57,673 bases of DNA from contig CAWKBC010000002.1 of the NCBI GenBank assembly GCA_963847705.1, forward strand, positions 1 through 57,673, given 5' to 3'. How positions within the stretch are numbered: the first letter of the stretch is position 1; every line of letters begins with the position of its first letter. The stretch comes from an uncultured Pseudomonadota bacterium (GTDB lineage Bacteria; Myxococcota_A; Polyangia; Fen-1088). The notes beneath the pieces were generated by a model. It did not search any database and was not told the origin of the DNA. It saw only the letters and a program-made list of their open reading frames with translations. Positions 43,994 to 53,980 of the stretch are shown here, one piece after another. A program made the translations under genes and the position numbers.

Positions 43994-45811
43994 CTAGGCA
44001 GCCCGAACGTCGACCAGAAACCCGCCGACCTGACGGCTCCAGAGCGCCGCGTAGAGGCCGCCCTGCGCGAGCAACTCGGCGTGGGCGCCGTCCTCCACCA
44101 CGATCCCCTTTTCGACCACCAGCAGGCGATCGAGGTGCGCCAGGGTGGAGAGCCGGTGGGCGATGGCGATGACCGTCTTGCCGCTCATCGCCTCGTTCAT
44201 GCCGGCCTGGATGAGCGCCTCCGATTCGCTGTCGAGGGCGGAGGTCGCCTCGTCCAGCAGCAGGATGGGCGCGTTCTTGAGCAGCGCCCGCGCGATGGCG
44301 ATCCGCTGCCGCTGGCCGCCCGACAGCTTCACGCCCCGCTCGCCCACCAGCGTCTGATAGCCCTCCGGGAGCGCGGAGACGAACTCGTGCGCGTGGGCCC
44401 GCTCGGCCGCCCGGATCACCTCGGCGTCACTGGCGCCAGGACGCCCGTAGCGGATGTTCTCCATCAGCGTGCGGTGAAACAGGATCACGTCCTGCGGGAT
44501 GAGGCCGATCGAGCGCCGCAGGCTCGCCTGGGTCACCTCGGCGATGTTCTGCCCGTCGATCCGGATGGCCCCCTGCTGGACGTCGTAGAGGCGCATCAGC
44601 AGCGTGACCAGCGTGGTCTTGCCGGCGCCGGAGTGCCCGATGAGGCCGACCCGCTGCCCGGCCGGAATGGTCAGCGCCAGCCGATCGAAGATCGGCTTCT
44701 TGTGATCGTAGGCGAAGCCGATCCCGTCGAAGACCACCTCGCCGCGCGTGACGGAGAGGTCGGTCGCACCCGGCCGGTCACGGATGTCGCGGGGGACGAT
44801 CAGCATCGCCAGCGAGTCGCGGACGCTGCCGATGGTGTCGTAGGTCTCCGGCAAGCCGTTCGCCATGTCGAACACGTTGCGGATGAGCTGGATCATCAAC
44901 GTCGAGATCAACAGGAAGTCGCCGATGGTGATCGCCCCGCGGACCAGGCGATGGAGGGCCAGCGGCAGGAGCAGGGCATAGATGGCCAGGTTGAGCGCCT
45001 GCAGGGGGAGGCGCATCCGCACGAACGCCCGGTACTGGGCGCGTTGGGCGTCGAACGTCTCGCCGATCGAGGCGCCGACGATCCGGTCCTCCTTCTCGTG
45101 CGCGGCGAAGAAGATGACGTTCCTGATGTTGGTGATGGCGTCGACGATGCGGCCGGTCAGCTGCGCCTTGGCCTCGCTGTGCACGGCGCCCAGGGCCGCG
45201 ATGGCACGACCGTAGGTGACGGTCACCGCCACGTAGACGACCAGCCAGGCGGCCAGGATCGCCGCGAAGGTCGGCTGGGCCCGAAAGAAGAGGACCAGCA
45301 GCAGCCCGCACTGCGCCGCCAGCGGGAGGTAGTCCCAGTTGGTGCGCTCGAACAGGGTGACCGTCTGTTCGGGAAGCAGCATCGCCCGGTGAGCGACCTT
45401 GCCGGTCAGCATGTTGTCGAAGTAGGTCGGGCTGTGCCGCTGGGCGTAGGTGAAGACCAGCTGCCGGGCGCGCGCCAGCACCGGGATGCGGCTCGAGTAG
45501 GAGCAGTACCAGACGCCCCACTCGAACACGCTGAAGAGGGCCACCACCGCGAAGAACTGAAACAGCGGCGCCCGCACCACCGCCCAGGCGCCGGGCGCGT
45601 GGAGATCGGCACGGACCGCGGTGTCGACGATCCGCTTCATCGCATAGAACTGCAGCACCGAGAGCGCGCGCAGCGACAGCGACAGCAGCATCATCAGGAG
45701 GACGGTCGCGCGCCGGCCCCGCGCGAACAGCCAGAACAGGCGCACGATGGACCGGGGGAGCTCGTCCGGCACCTCGGTGGCGGGGAGCGTGGAAAAGGAG
45801 GGTGGTTTCAC
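43994..45811 (-). CDS. ABC exporter, fused permease/ATPase
   Basis: TM domain; GHSGAGKTT, LSGGQRQR, LLDEATSALD, IAHRLST. Confidence 0.95.
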   Translation of the reverse strand: MKPPSFSTLPATEVPDELPRSIVRLFWLFARGRRATVLLMMLLSLSLRALSVLQFYAMKRIVDTAVRADLHAPGAWAVVRAPLFQFFAVVALFSVFEWGVWYCSYSSRIPVLARARQLVFTYAQRHSPTYFDNMLTGKVAHRAMLLPEQTVTLFERTNWDYLPLAAQCGLLLVLFFRAQPTFAAILAAWLVVYVAVTVTYGRAIAALGAVHSEAKAQLTGRIVDAITNIRNVIFFAAHEKEDRIVGASIGETFDAQRAQYRAFVRMRLPLQALNLAIYALLLPLALHRLVRGAITIGDFLLISTLMIQLIRNVFDMANGLPETYDTIGSVRDSLAMLIVPRDIRDRPGATDLSVTRGEVVFDGIGFAYDHKKPIFDRLALTIPAGQRVGLIGHSGAGKTTLVTLLMRLYDVQQGAIRIDGQNIAEVTQASLRRSIGLIPQDVILFHRTLMENIRYGRPGASDAEVIRAAERAHAHEFVSALPEGYQTLVGERGVKLSGGQRQRIAIARALLKNAPILLLDEATSALDSESEALIQAGMNEAMSGKTVIAIAHRLSTLAHLDRLLVVEKGIVVEDGAHAELLAQGGLYAALWSRQVGGFLVDVRAA

Positions 45812-45865
45812 GGCTGGAAGGCGGGCGATCTTAGCCGGGAAGCCGCCAAGCGCAGCTCGACGGCG

Positions 45866-45879
45866 CGACAATCTTGTCG
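45866..45879. promoter_or_regulatory. Palindrome CGACAA-TC-TTGTCG, candidate operator upstream of the ABC exporter
   Basis: Perfect 6-bp arms; -10-like TAAGAT on minus strand at 45828-45833. Confidence 0.4.
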
Positions 45880-46029
45880 GATCGCGCGGTGCCCGGAGCG
45901 CAACGGCGCAGGGAGCCCGGTCGAGCTCAGGATTCGGCGTGCCACCGTGATTGCTGCAAGCTGAACCGAGGCGGCCTGGTTGGTTGATCCTGGCTCTTCG
46001 CTTTTCCGCGGCCTGGCGGGGCCGTCGAT

Positions 46030-46698
46030 TCAGGTGCCGCGCGTGAAGAGCTGCCTCTGCGTCGCCTGAAAGGCCTGGGCCCGAATGAGCTCGCGGACCT
46101 CGCGCGGGTTCTCCACGCCAAGCAGGCTGAATCGGCTCATCTTCTTGTCGGCGGCCACGATGGCGATCTGCCCGATGCCGAGCAGCCGCTCCAAGAATCG
46201 CTGCTGGAACTCGATGTCCTCGACCGCCCGCATGTCGACCTCGTCGATCCGCTTGGACAGCGCGCCGCTCTCGATGAGGATGCGCTGGTTGGAGATCCGG
46301 TAGCGGTGGCTGCGGAGCACGGCGACCCGTGCCGCCAGCTTCACCGCCCGCCATCCGACCACCACCACCACCAAGAGGATCACGACCGTCTTGATGGTCG
46401 GGCGGTTGGTCTCGACCAGCTCGCGCGCCGGTCCGCCCAGCGCCGCGACGAGCGACAGCAGGGGATCGAAGGCCAGCGCCGCGCCGATCGGCAGCGCGAG
46501 CGCGGAGAGCGCGGTGACCGCGAACTCGACCACCATCGCCTTGAGCGAGGGGACGCCCTCCCAGACGATCTGCTCCGCCGCGGGCGGGACGGCAGCGGGC
46601 CCGGCGAGCTGCGGCGCGAGCGGCCGATTGCACTGCGGGCAGGTCGCCGCGGCGGTCGAGACCTGGTGTCCGCAATCCGGGCAGGTGACGAGCGGCAT
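46030..46698 (-). CDS. Zinc-ribbon plus membrane bacterial PH (bPH_2) domain protein
   Basis: CPDCGHQVSTAAATCPQC; two TMs; YRISNQRILIESG..QRFLERLLGIGQI. Confidence 0.88.
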   Translation of the reverse strand: MPLVTCPDCGHQVSTAAATCPQCNRPLAPQLAGPAAVPPAAEQIVWEGVPSLKAMVVEFAVTALSALALPIGAALAFDPLLSLVAALGGPARELVETNRPTIKTVVILLVVVVVGWRAVKLAARVAVLRSHRYRISNQRILIESGALSKRIDEVDMRAVEDIEFQQRFLERLLGIGQIAIVAADKKMSRFSLLGVENPREVRELIRAQAFQATQRQLFTRGT

Positions 46699-46759
46699 GC
46701 CGCGCAAGAGTACACCCGGCCGACCGCCAGGACACGCGCTCGACACGCCAGGACAGCGG

Positions 46760-48048
46760 TCAGGGGTGTGCGGCCAGCCAGTCGAGCAGACCCTGGTACT
46801 TCGGCGACGCCAGAGTGGCGTCCGAGTCTTCGCCTTGAGCCCCCAGCACGCTCCCGTGTGCGTGTACTGCATGAAGGGCCCGGCAAATCGTCCGCGACCA
46901 GCGCGTCGAGATACGAGGTGTAAAGGTCGTGCATGCCGGGATCGGTCTGCACCGTCGGACAGTTGGACGCGGAGTAGGAGTCGGAGCCGCCCTCGTAGGA
47001 GATGAGCGGCAAGGAGGCCACGCCGCGCAGGTCGCGTTCGACTGCAATCCGCTCTGGATGCCGGCGATGGCGCCACTGACCGCAGCGACCGTCGTCCCCG
47101 AGAAGTAGGGCGCGACCGCGTAGAAGTCGGGCTTCGTCCGGTTCGGGTTGATGGTGGTGTCGGCGAAGGCGGTGACGTCGTTCGTGCAGGGACCGGTGTA
47201 GGCGGCTTGCCCGGCGAGGACCTTCACGAGCCGCGGGCTGCCTTTGCCGAAGACGCGCCTCGAACGCCTCGATAGAGGCGCACCGACTGGTAGACGTGGT
47301 ACGCGGCCGCCGGGTCGCTGCCGGGCAAACCCAGACGTCTTGGCCGTGCGTCGTGGCGTAGGCGTTCTGCGGGAAGCGAGCCGTTCCAGACCTCGTTCGA
47401 CCATTCGAGGTAGACGCGCAGCGACGGATCGAGCTCGGTGTGAGACGAGCTGGGCGAGCTTCTGTCCACGTACGGCGACCGACGACTCGTGCGGGATGTT
47501 CAGCCAGTAGTCCTTCTTCGTGCGGTTGCAGAGATCGATCTGCCATTCGAACGCCACCGGCTCGCTTTGCGGCTCGCCGTCTTCTGCTTGCGCGTGCTCC
47601 AGACGGCCTGCGGGTTGTTGCTGACGTTGGTCTGGTTCCAGTCCATGAACCGCAGCACGTGCGTACGGCGCGAGGTCGGTGAGGAGCTCCGGGTACCAGG
47701 GGTTGGTGGTCGTGCGCGAAGTCGACGTCGCTTTGAGAAGAAGTCGCTCTGCCCCTCCCAGTCGATGTTCCAGAAGTTCGCGCCGACGAAGAAGTAGCTC
47801 CCGGGCGCAGGGTTGCCAGAGCGCCCGGCGAGCCACCGGCTGCGCCGCCACCAGCTGCGCCGCCGGCAACTGCGCCGCCACCTGCCGCGCCTCCGCGGCC
47901 CCCCGCGCCGGTGACGTGGCCGGCTTCACGCGTCGCGCGATGACCCCGGGTCCCCGCCGCTCCCGCCATCGGCAGGCGAGCCCACGCTGCCGCCGCACGC
48001 CAGCGCGCCAAACAGACAGGCGGCGGCCGCCAACCGACCGATCGTCAT
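46760..48048 (-). pseudogene. Multiply frameshifted lipoprotein, putative clan GH-A-like glycoside hydrolase ('cellulose-binding protein' type)
   Basis: SD GAGGGG; MTIGRLAAAACLFGALAC; fragments in several frames: VLRFMDWN, EWQIDLCNR..WLNIPH, YLEWSNEVWN, VAPYF, SYEGG, PKYQGLLDW. Confidence 0.78.
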
Positions 48049-48113
48049 CTGGATCCCCTCGTCGGTTCCGAGCGTCGCCTTGAATTCGCCGGAGGACTCT
48101 GAAAGAAGGTTCC

Positions 48114-49151
48114 ATGGCGAACGGCCCCGCGAACTTCGATCAAGAGCAGTTGCTGCGGATGGCGCGGGACCTCTGGAGCCGGCTGCGGGTGTCGCGGCGT
48201 CTGCTCCTGTCGGGCGTCGCCATCGTGCTGGTGCTCGTCGCGCTGGTGGGCTCCTACTACCAGGTCGAGCCGGACGAGGTCGGTCTGGTCACGCGGTTCG
48301 GGCGGTTCGTGCGGACGACCAACCCCGGGCCGCACACCAAGATTCCCTTCGGCATCGAGCAGGTGCAGAAGGTCCCGGTCCAGCGCCAGCTCAAGCAGGA
48401 GTTCGGGTTCCGCACCGTCCACGCCGACGTCGACAGCACCTTCCGCAAGGACGAGAAGACCGCCGCCGAGTCGCTGATGCTGACCGGCGATCTCAACGTC
48501 GCGACGGTGGAGTGGATCGTTCAGTACAAGATCTCCGACCCCTACAAGTACCTCTTCAAGCTGCGCGACGTGGAGCAGACCTTCCGGCTCATGGCCGAGG
48601 CGTCGATGCGCACGGTCGTGGGCGATCACAGCGTGACCGAGCTCCTCACCGTGGGGCGCGAGGCGATCGCGGCCAAGGCCAAGGAGCTCTTGGCCGAGCT
48701 CTGCCGGCGTTACGACAACGGGATCTCCGTGCAGCAACTGGTGCTGCAGGACGTCGATCCGCCGGAATCGGTCAAGCCCTCGTTCAACGAGGTGAACCAG
48801 GCGATTCAGGAGCGGGAGCGCGCCATCAACGAGGCCTGGGCCGAGTACAACCAGGAGATCCCGCGCGCCCGTGGCCTGGCCGAGCAGAAGATCGAGGCCT
48901 CCGAGGGGTATGCGGTCGACCGCGTGAACCGGGCCACGGGGGACGCCGGGCGGTTCATTGCGCTGCAGGAGGAGTACCGCAAGGCGCCCGAGGTGACCCG
49001 CACGCGCATCTACCTGGAGACGCTGACGGCCGTGCTGCCGGCGGCGGGGAAGAAGCTGATCTTCGACGAGAAGGCCAAGGGGATCCTGCCGCTCTTCCCG
49101 CTCACCGGCGGCCAGGAGACGACCAAAGATGCTGTCAAGGAGGCGCCATGA
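48114..49151 (+). CDS. hflK: FtsH modulator HflK
   Basis: QVEPDEVGLVTRFG, MLTGDLN, PPESVKPSFNEV, IPRARG, EYRKAPEVTRTRIYLET. Confidence 0.95.
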   Translation: MANGPANFDQEQLLRMARDLWSRLRVSRRLLLSGVAIVLVLVALVGSYYQVEPDEVGLVTRFGRFVRTTNPGPHTKIPFGIEQVQKVPVQRQLKQEFGFRTVHADVDSTFRKDEKTAAESLMLTGDLNVATVEWIVQYKISDPYKYLFKLRDVEQTFRLMAEASMRTVVGDHSVTELLTVGREAIAAKAKELLAELCRRYDNGISVQQLVLQDVDPPESVKPSFNEVNQAIQERERAINEAWAEYNQEIPRARGLAEQKIEASEGYAVDRVNRATGDAGRFIALQEEYRKAPEVTRTRIYLETLTAVLPAAGKKLIFDEKAKGILPLFPLTGGQETTKDAVKEAP

Positions 49152-50119
49152 CCACGCGCGGCCTCATCATTCGCGGCGCGCTGGTGATCCTGGTGCTGGT
49201 CACGCTCTCCTCGACCTTCTACACGGTGTCGGAGCAGGAGCAGGTGGTGATCACGCAGTTCGGCGAGCCGATCGGCCAGGCCATCGTCTCCCCTGGCCTG
49301 CACGTGAAGGTTCCGTTCACCCAGGACGTGAACGTCTTCGACAAGCGCTGGCTGGAGTGGAACGGCAACCCCAACCAGGTGCCGACCCGCGACAAGAAGT
49401 ACATCTGGGTGGAGACCTACGCCCGCTGGCGGATCGCCAATCCCCTCCTCTTCTTCCAGCGGCTGCGCGACGAGCGCGGGGCGCAGTCGCGGCTCGACGA
49501 CATCATCGACGGCGAGACGCGCAACGTGATCGCCAGCCACAACCTCATCGAGATCGTGCGCGTCAGCAACCGCGCCTTCGAGGCGGCCGAAGAGGCGGAG
49601 GACGTCATGGAGGCCGAGACGATGCGTCAGGTCGAGCTGGGGCGGGACAAGATCACCCGCCTCATCCTCGAGCGCGCGTCGCAAGTCATGCCAGACTACG
49701 GGATCGAGCTGGTCGACGTGCAGATCCAACGCATCAACTACATCGAGACGGTCCAGGCCAAGGTGTTCGACCGGATGATCTCGGAGCGCAAGCGCATCGC
49801 CGACCGCTACCGCTCGGAAGGTCAGGGGAAGAGCGCCGAGATCCGGGGCAAGAAAGAACGCGAGCTCAAGGTGATCGAGTCCGAGGCCTACAAGAAGACC
49901 CAGGAGGTCATGGGCGGCGGCGACGCCAAGGCGACCGCCATCTACGCCGAGGCCTACAACCGCGATCGCGAGCTCTACAAGTTCCTGCGCACGATGGAGA
50001 CCTACAAGACCACCATCGACAAGCAGAGCTGGCTGATGCTGTCGACGGGCGCCGACGTCTTCCGCTACCTGCAGTCGGCCAACGCGGGCGGACCGGCCCC
50101 GAGAGCCGCAAAGCACTGA
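49148..50119 (+). CDS. hflC: FtsH modulator HflC
   Basis: VITQFG..PGLHVKVPF, TRDKKYI, RMISERKRIA..RSEG, AYNRD..FLRTMETY. Confidence 0.95.
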   Translation: MTTRGLIIRGALVILVLVTLSSTFYTVSEQEQVVITQFGEPIGQAIVSPGLHVKVPFTQDVNVFDKRWLEWNGNPNQVPTRDKKYIWVETYARWRIANPLLFFQRLRDERGAQSRLDDIIDGETRNVIASHNLIEIVRVSNRAFEAAEEAEDVMEAETMRQVELGRDKITRLILERASQVMPDYGIELVDVQIQRINYIETVQAKVFDRMISERKRIADRYRSEGQGKSAEIRGKKERELKVIESEAYKKTQEVMGGGDAKATAIYAEAYNRDRELYKFLRTMETYKTTIDKQSWLMLSTGADVFRYLQSANAGGPAPRAAKH

Positions 50120-50595
50120 TGGCCGCCGCCGCTGACTGGGATCCCTACGCCGTCCTGAACGTGGCGCGAACCGCGACCCCCGAGGAGATTCGCGCCGCCT
50201 ACCTGCGCCAGGCCGCCCGCTACCACCCCGATCAACACCACGGCAATCCGCTGGAGGAGCTGGCCAGCGCCCGCATGGCGGAGATCAACCGCGCCTACGA
50301 GCTGCTCTCCGATCGCCCGCGCCGGGCGGCCTTCGACACCGGCGCGCGGACCAAAACCGGACGCGTGGCCGCCGAGCGGGCCATGAGCGGCCGGTTCATG
50401 AAAGGGGCGGCCCTCCTGCTGGCGGTGCCGCTGGTCTTCCGGACCGGCGCCGTGATCCTGCGGGTGCTGGCGGCCCTCTTCCGTCTGCTGTTCGAGGCGC
50501 TGGCCTCGCTGCGCGGTGAGCGCCTGGCGGCGGTCGCCGGGCTCACCGCCCTGGTGATCCTGCTGTTCGCGACGTTTCGACGGACGCGGCGCTAA
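50119..50595 (+). CDS. J-domain protein with C-terminal TM segments
   Basis: DPYAVLNV..EIRAAY..YHPD..INRAYELLSD; TGATG coupling to hflC. Confidence 0.88.
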   Translation: MAAAADWDPYAVLNVARTATPEEIRAAYLRQAARYHPDQHHGNPLEELASARMAEINRAYELLSDRPRRAAFDTGARTKTGRVAAERAMSGRFMKGAALLLAVPLVFRTGAVILRVLAALFRLLFEALASLRGERLAAVAGLTALVILLFATFRRTRR

Positions 50596-50693
50596 ACCTT
50601 CACCGTCGCCCGTCGAAACGCCCGCGGTGGATGCCGCGCCGGCCGGGCTGCTCGCAGCGCCGGCCGGCACGGGACCTCCGAAGCTGCTTGGCG

Positions 50694-51431
50694 CTACTTC
50701 TTACAGGTGTCTTCGCCGATCGTCTGGAAGCCTTTGCCCATGTCGATCTCGATCTTGTGGAAGACCTCCTTGTCGCTCTTCTTGCTCATCGACTCGCGGA
50801 CCTTCGACTTCATCCCCATCATGAACATGTCGCCGACCGTGGTGACCGAGTCGCCCTGGATCGGCCCGCCGGCGAACCAGCCGCTGCCCATGTTGTCGGT
50901 GCCGGTGAGGAGGACCTGCTTGCTGCCCGGGTCGTAGCCCATGGAGAACTGGGCCTTCATGCCGGGCATGGTCTTGGACTTCTTGATCTCGTAGAGGCCC
51001 TTGTACCAGAAGCCGTTCAGGTCCTTCTTGATGCTGACGGTCGACTTGCCCGACGACTCGGGCGAGCCCGGGCCCATGGCACCGGCGGGGAACTTCGACT
51101 CGCACTTCCAGCTGCCCTCGAAGTTCTTGGCGAACGCCGTCAGCTCGGGCGCGGGCGTCGGCGGGGCCGGCGGGGCGGCAGGCGCAGCGGCCGGAGCGGC
51201 GGGGGCCGGAGCCGGCGCGCCCTTCGCGGCAGGCGCCGCAGCGGCCACCGGCTTGACCGCAGGCGCAGCCGCCGCGGGAGCGGGCGCCGGCTTGGCCGCA
51301 GGCGCAGCGCCCGCAGGAGCAGGCGCGGCGACGGCAGCGTTGGTGGGGGCGGGGGCGGGTTTGTCGGCGCCGAGCACCGAGGCGGCGGACAACATCACAA
51401 CGGAGAGAGAGACGAGCTTGATGGTCTTCAT
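50694..51431 (-). CDS. Exported DUF1579-like beta-barrel protein with Pro/Ala linker
   Basis: SD AAGGAGG; signal peptide; FEGSWKC, DLNGFW, GYDP..DNMG. Confidence 0.75.
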   Translation of the reverse strand: MKTIKLVSLSVVMLSAASVLGADKPAPAPTNAAVAAPAPAGAAPAAKPAPAPAAAAPAVKPVAAAAPAAKGAPAPAPAAPAAAPAAPPAPPTPAPELTAFAKNFEGSWKCESKFPAGAMGPGSPESSGKSTVSIKKDLNGFWYKGLYEIKKSKTMPGMKAQFSMGYDPGSKQVLLTGTDNMGSGWFAGGPIQGDSVTTVGDMFMMGMKSKVRESMSKKSDKEVFHKIEIDMGKGFQTIGEDTCKK

Positions 51432-51569
51432 GGGACCTCCTTGGCGCGCACGATAGACCCATTTGCCACCGGATGAGCCAAGCAATTTGATGATCCGGCG
51501 CTTTCCAGATCACCGATCCCGGAGATCCGAAACGGCTCAAAAAATCGACATGCCCGGCCCCCAGGCGGC

Positions 51570-52919
51570 CTAGACGAGGTTGGTGTACGTCGGCGTATAG
51601 GCGTGCTGCCGGATGAACTTGTCGATGTCCGCCGGCCTGTCCACACGTGCCAGCCCGCGCTCGAACACCACCTCGGCAACTCTGGCCGCTGTGCGGAGCT
51701 CGGTGTCCAGGATGTTCGACTGAGGGGGATAGAGCATCCCCTCCTCGCGCTGCCGATCGGTCACCTGCTCGGCGACGGCCCGCGCCGCGACCACGAACAT
51801 CTCGTCGGTCACGCGCCTGGCCTGCGTGGCGTAGATGGCCATGCCGACGGCCGGGAAGATGTAGAGGTTGTTCGCCTGTGACGGAATGAAGGTGTGGCCG
51901 TCGATGTCAACGGGCGGGAATTGAACCCCCCCGGCGTAGATCGCCCGCCCCTCGGTCCAGCGGTAGGCCTCTTCCGGGGTGCACTCGGCTTTGTCCGTCG
52001 GGTTCGAGAGCGCAAAAATGATGGGACGCGCGTTGAGCCGACCCATCGCCTCGACGACCTGCTGCGAGAAGGCCTTACCGACCGTGCTGACGCCTATGAT
52101 GGCCGTCGGCTTGATCGCCTCGACGGCCTCGACGAAGTCCCTGGTCGGCTGGTGGGCGTGCGCGTAGGGTTGCTGGAAGTCGGCCAGATCCGTACGGCTC
52201 GGCTCGAGCAGCCCGTGGACGTCGAAGAGGGAGACGCGCGCCCGGGCTTGCTCCTCGCTGAGCCCCTCCGTCGTCATGGCCGACACGATCAGGTTGGCGA
52301 TGCCGATGCCGGCCGAACCGGCCCCCAGGAACAGGATCCTCTCGTCGGCGAGTCGGGTCTTCTTGGTGCGGACCGCGCCGTAGAGGCCGGCCAGCACGAC
52401 CGACGCCGTTCCCTGGATGTCGTCGTTGTAACAGGAGACCTTCTCGCGATAGCGCGCCAGCAGGTGGATCGCGTCGGCGCCGGTCCAGTCCTCGAAATGG
52501 ATGCAACAGAGCGGAAACACCTCTTGCACAGCGGCCACCAGCTCGTCGACGAACGTATACAGGTCCTCGGTGCGGGGTCGGGGCGCGCGCAGGCCCACGT
52601 AGAGGGGGTCGCGCAACAGCTCCTCATTGTTCGTGCCGGCGTCGAGCATCATCGGCAGCAGGGCCTGGGGCGGAACCGCCGCCGCCGCGGTGTAGAGCTG
52701 CAGTTTTCCGATCGGGATGGGCATACCGTTGGCACCCAGATCCCCGAGACCGAGAATACGGCCGCCGTCCGTGACGCAGATGACGCGCACGTCCTTTTCC
52801 GGCCAGTTGCGCAGCACCTCCTTCACCCGCCCGCGGCGCTTGATCGAGATGTACATCCCGCGCGGCCCGCGAAAGATGTGCCCGAACTTCAGGCAGGCTT
52901 CGGCGATCGTCGGGTCGTT
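51570..52919 (-). pseudogene. NAD-dependent malic enzyme lacking its N-terminus
   Basis: [54 protein letters not shown]; homology starts mid-domain with no start codon. Confidence 0.85.
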
Positions 52920-53665
52920 CCGGCGATCGCCGCCTCCGCGAAGCCCGCCGCGGAGTTCAGGCCGGTGCCCACCGCGGTGCCGCCGAGCGCCAGCCTGTAA
53001 ACGGCGGCGAGCGCATACGTGAGGTTTGCCAGGTCGTCGTCGAGCGCGCTGGCGTAGCCTGACCATTCTTGGCCCAGGGTCAGCGGCGTCGCGTCTTGCA
53101 GGTGCGTCCGGCCAATCTTGACGATCTCCTTCCACTCTTCCGCCTTGGCGGCGACGGCGTCGCGCAAGGCTTCGACCGATGGCAGGAGGCGCTCCTTCAC
53201 GCCGATCGCCGCCGCGATGTGCATGACCGAAGGGAAGCTGTCGTTCGACGACTGCGCCATGTTCACATGATCGTTGGGGTGAACCGGCTGCTTGGAGCCG
53301 AGCGGCGTGCCGGCGAGCTGACAGCAGCGATTCGAGATGACCTCGTTCACGTTCATGTTGAACTGCGTCCCGCTCCCGGTCATCCAGACGTGCAGCGGAA
53401 ACATGTCGTGGTGCTGCCCCGTCAGGATCTCGTCGCAGGTCGCGCCGATGAGCCGCGCCTGTTCGGCCGTCAGCCGGCCGGCCTCCTGGTTCGCCTGGGC
53501 GGACGCCTTCTTGAGAACGGCGTAAGCATCGATCAGCTCGCGCGGGATGAGATCGTCGCCGATGCTGAAATGTTCCAGTGACCGCTGCGTCTGCGGACCC
53601 CAGAGCTTGTCGCCGGGGACGCGCACCTCGCCCAGACTGTCTCGCTCGATCCGGTGGTCGGTCAT
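52889..53665 (-). pseudogene. fumC: Class II fumarate hydratase, N-terminal half only
   Basis: [55 protein letters not shown]; GSSIMPGKVN signature absent. Confidence 0.9.
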
Positions 53666-53980
53666 GTCTCTCATCCCAGCTGATGACGGAGCCGCAAGGA
53701 CCCCGTACAGGTGGATCTGGGACGCCAACGAACAAGGCCCTGCGAACCCACCTGGCTCCGATCCAGGCCAGGCCCCTACGAGCGCGAGCCGCCGAATGAG
53801 ACGGCTTCGTCTTCCTTCCTTGCTCGCTCGCAACCTTGGCGAAATGTTTTCGCATCCCGATGGGACGATCGCGTGCGTTCGTCGCCTTCGCTCGTCCCTT
53901 GACTTTTCACGCATTGGTCTTTTTGTAGGCGAGAGGTCACCAATGGACGCAATGCACCCGTCAACAACCGCCAACCGGAG

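Noticed and set aside
45985-46020. SRP RNA (ffs) on the minus strand
   Set aside because: CCAGG..AAGAGCC resemblance only; lacks the GGAA tetraloop stem and AGCAG motif
53679-53710. Fluoride riboswitch (GCTGATGAC)
   Set aside because: 5' GATGG element is absent and the orientation is opposite to fumC
51570-53855. 761-aa full-length malic enzyme ORF
   Set aside because: N-terminal part is an off-frame reading of fumC
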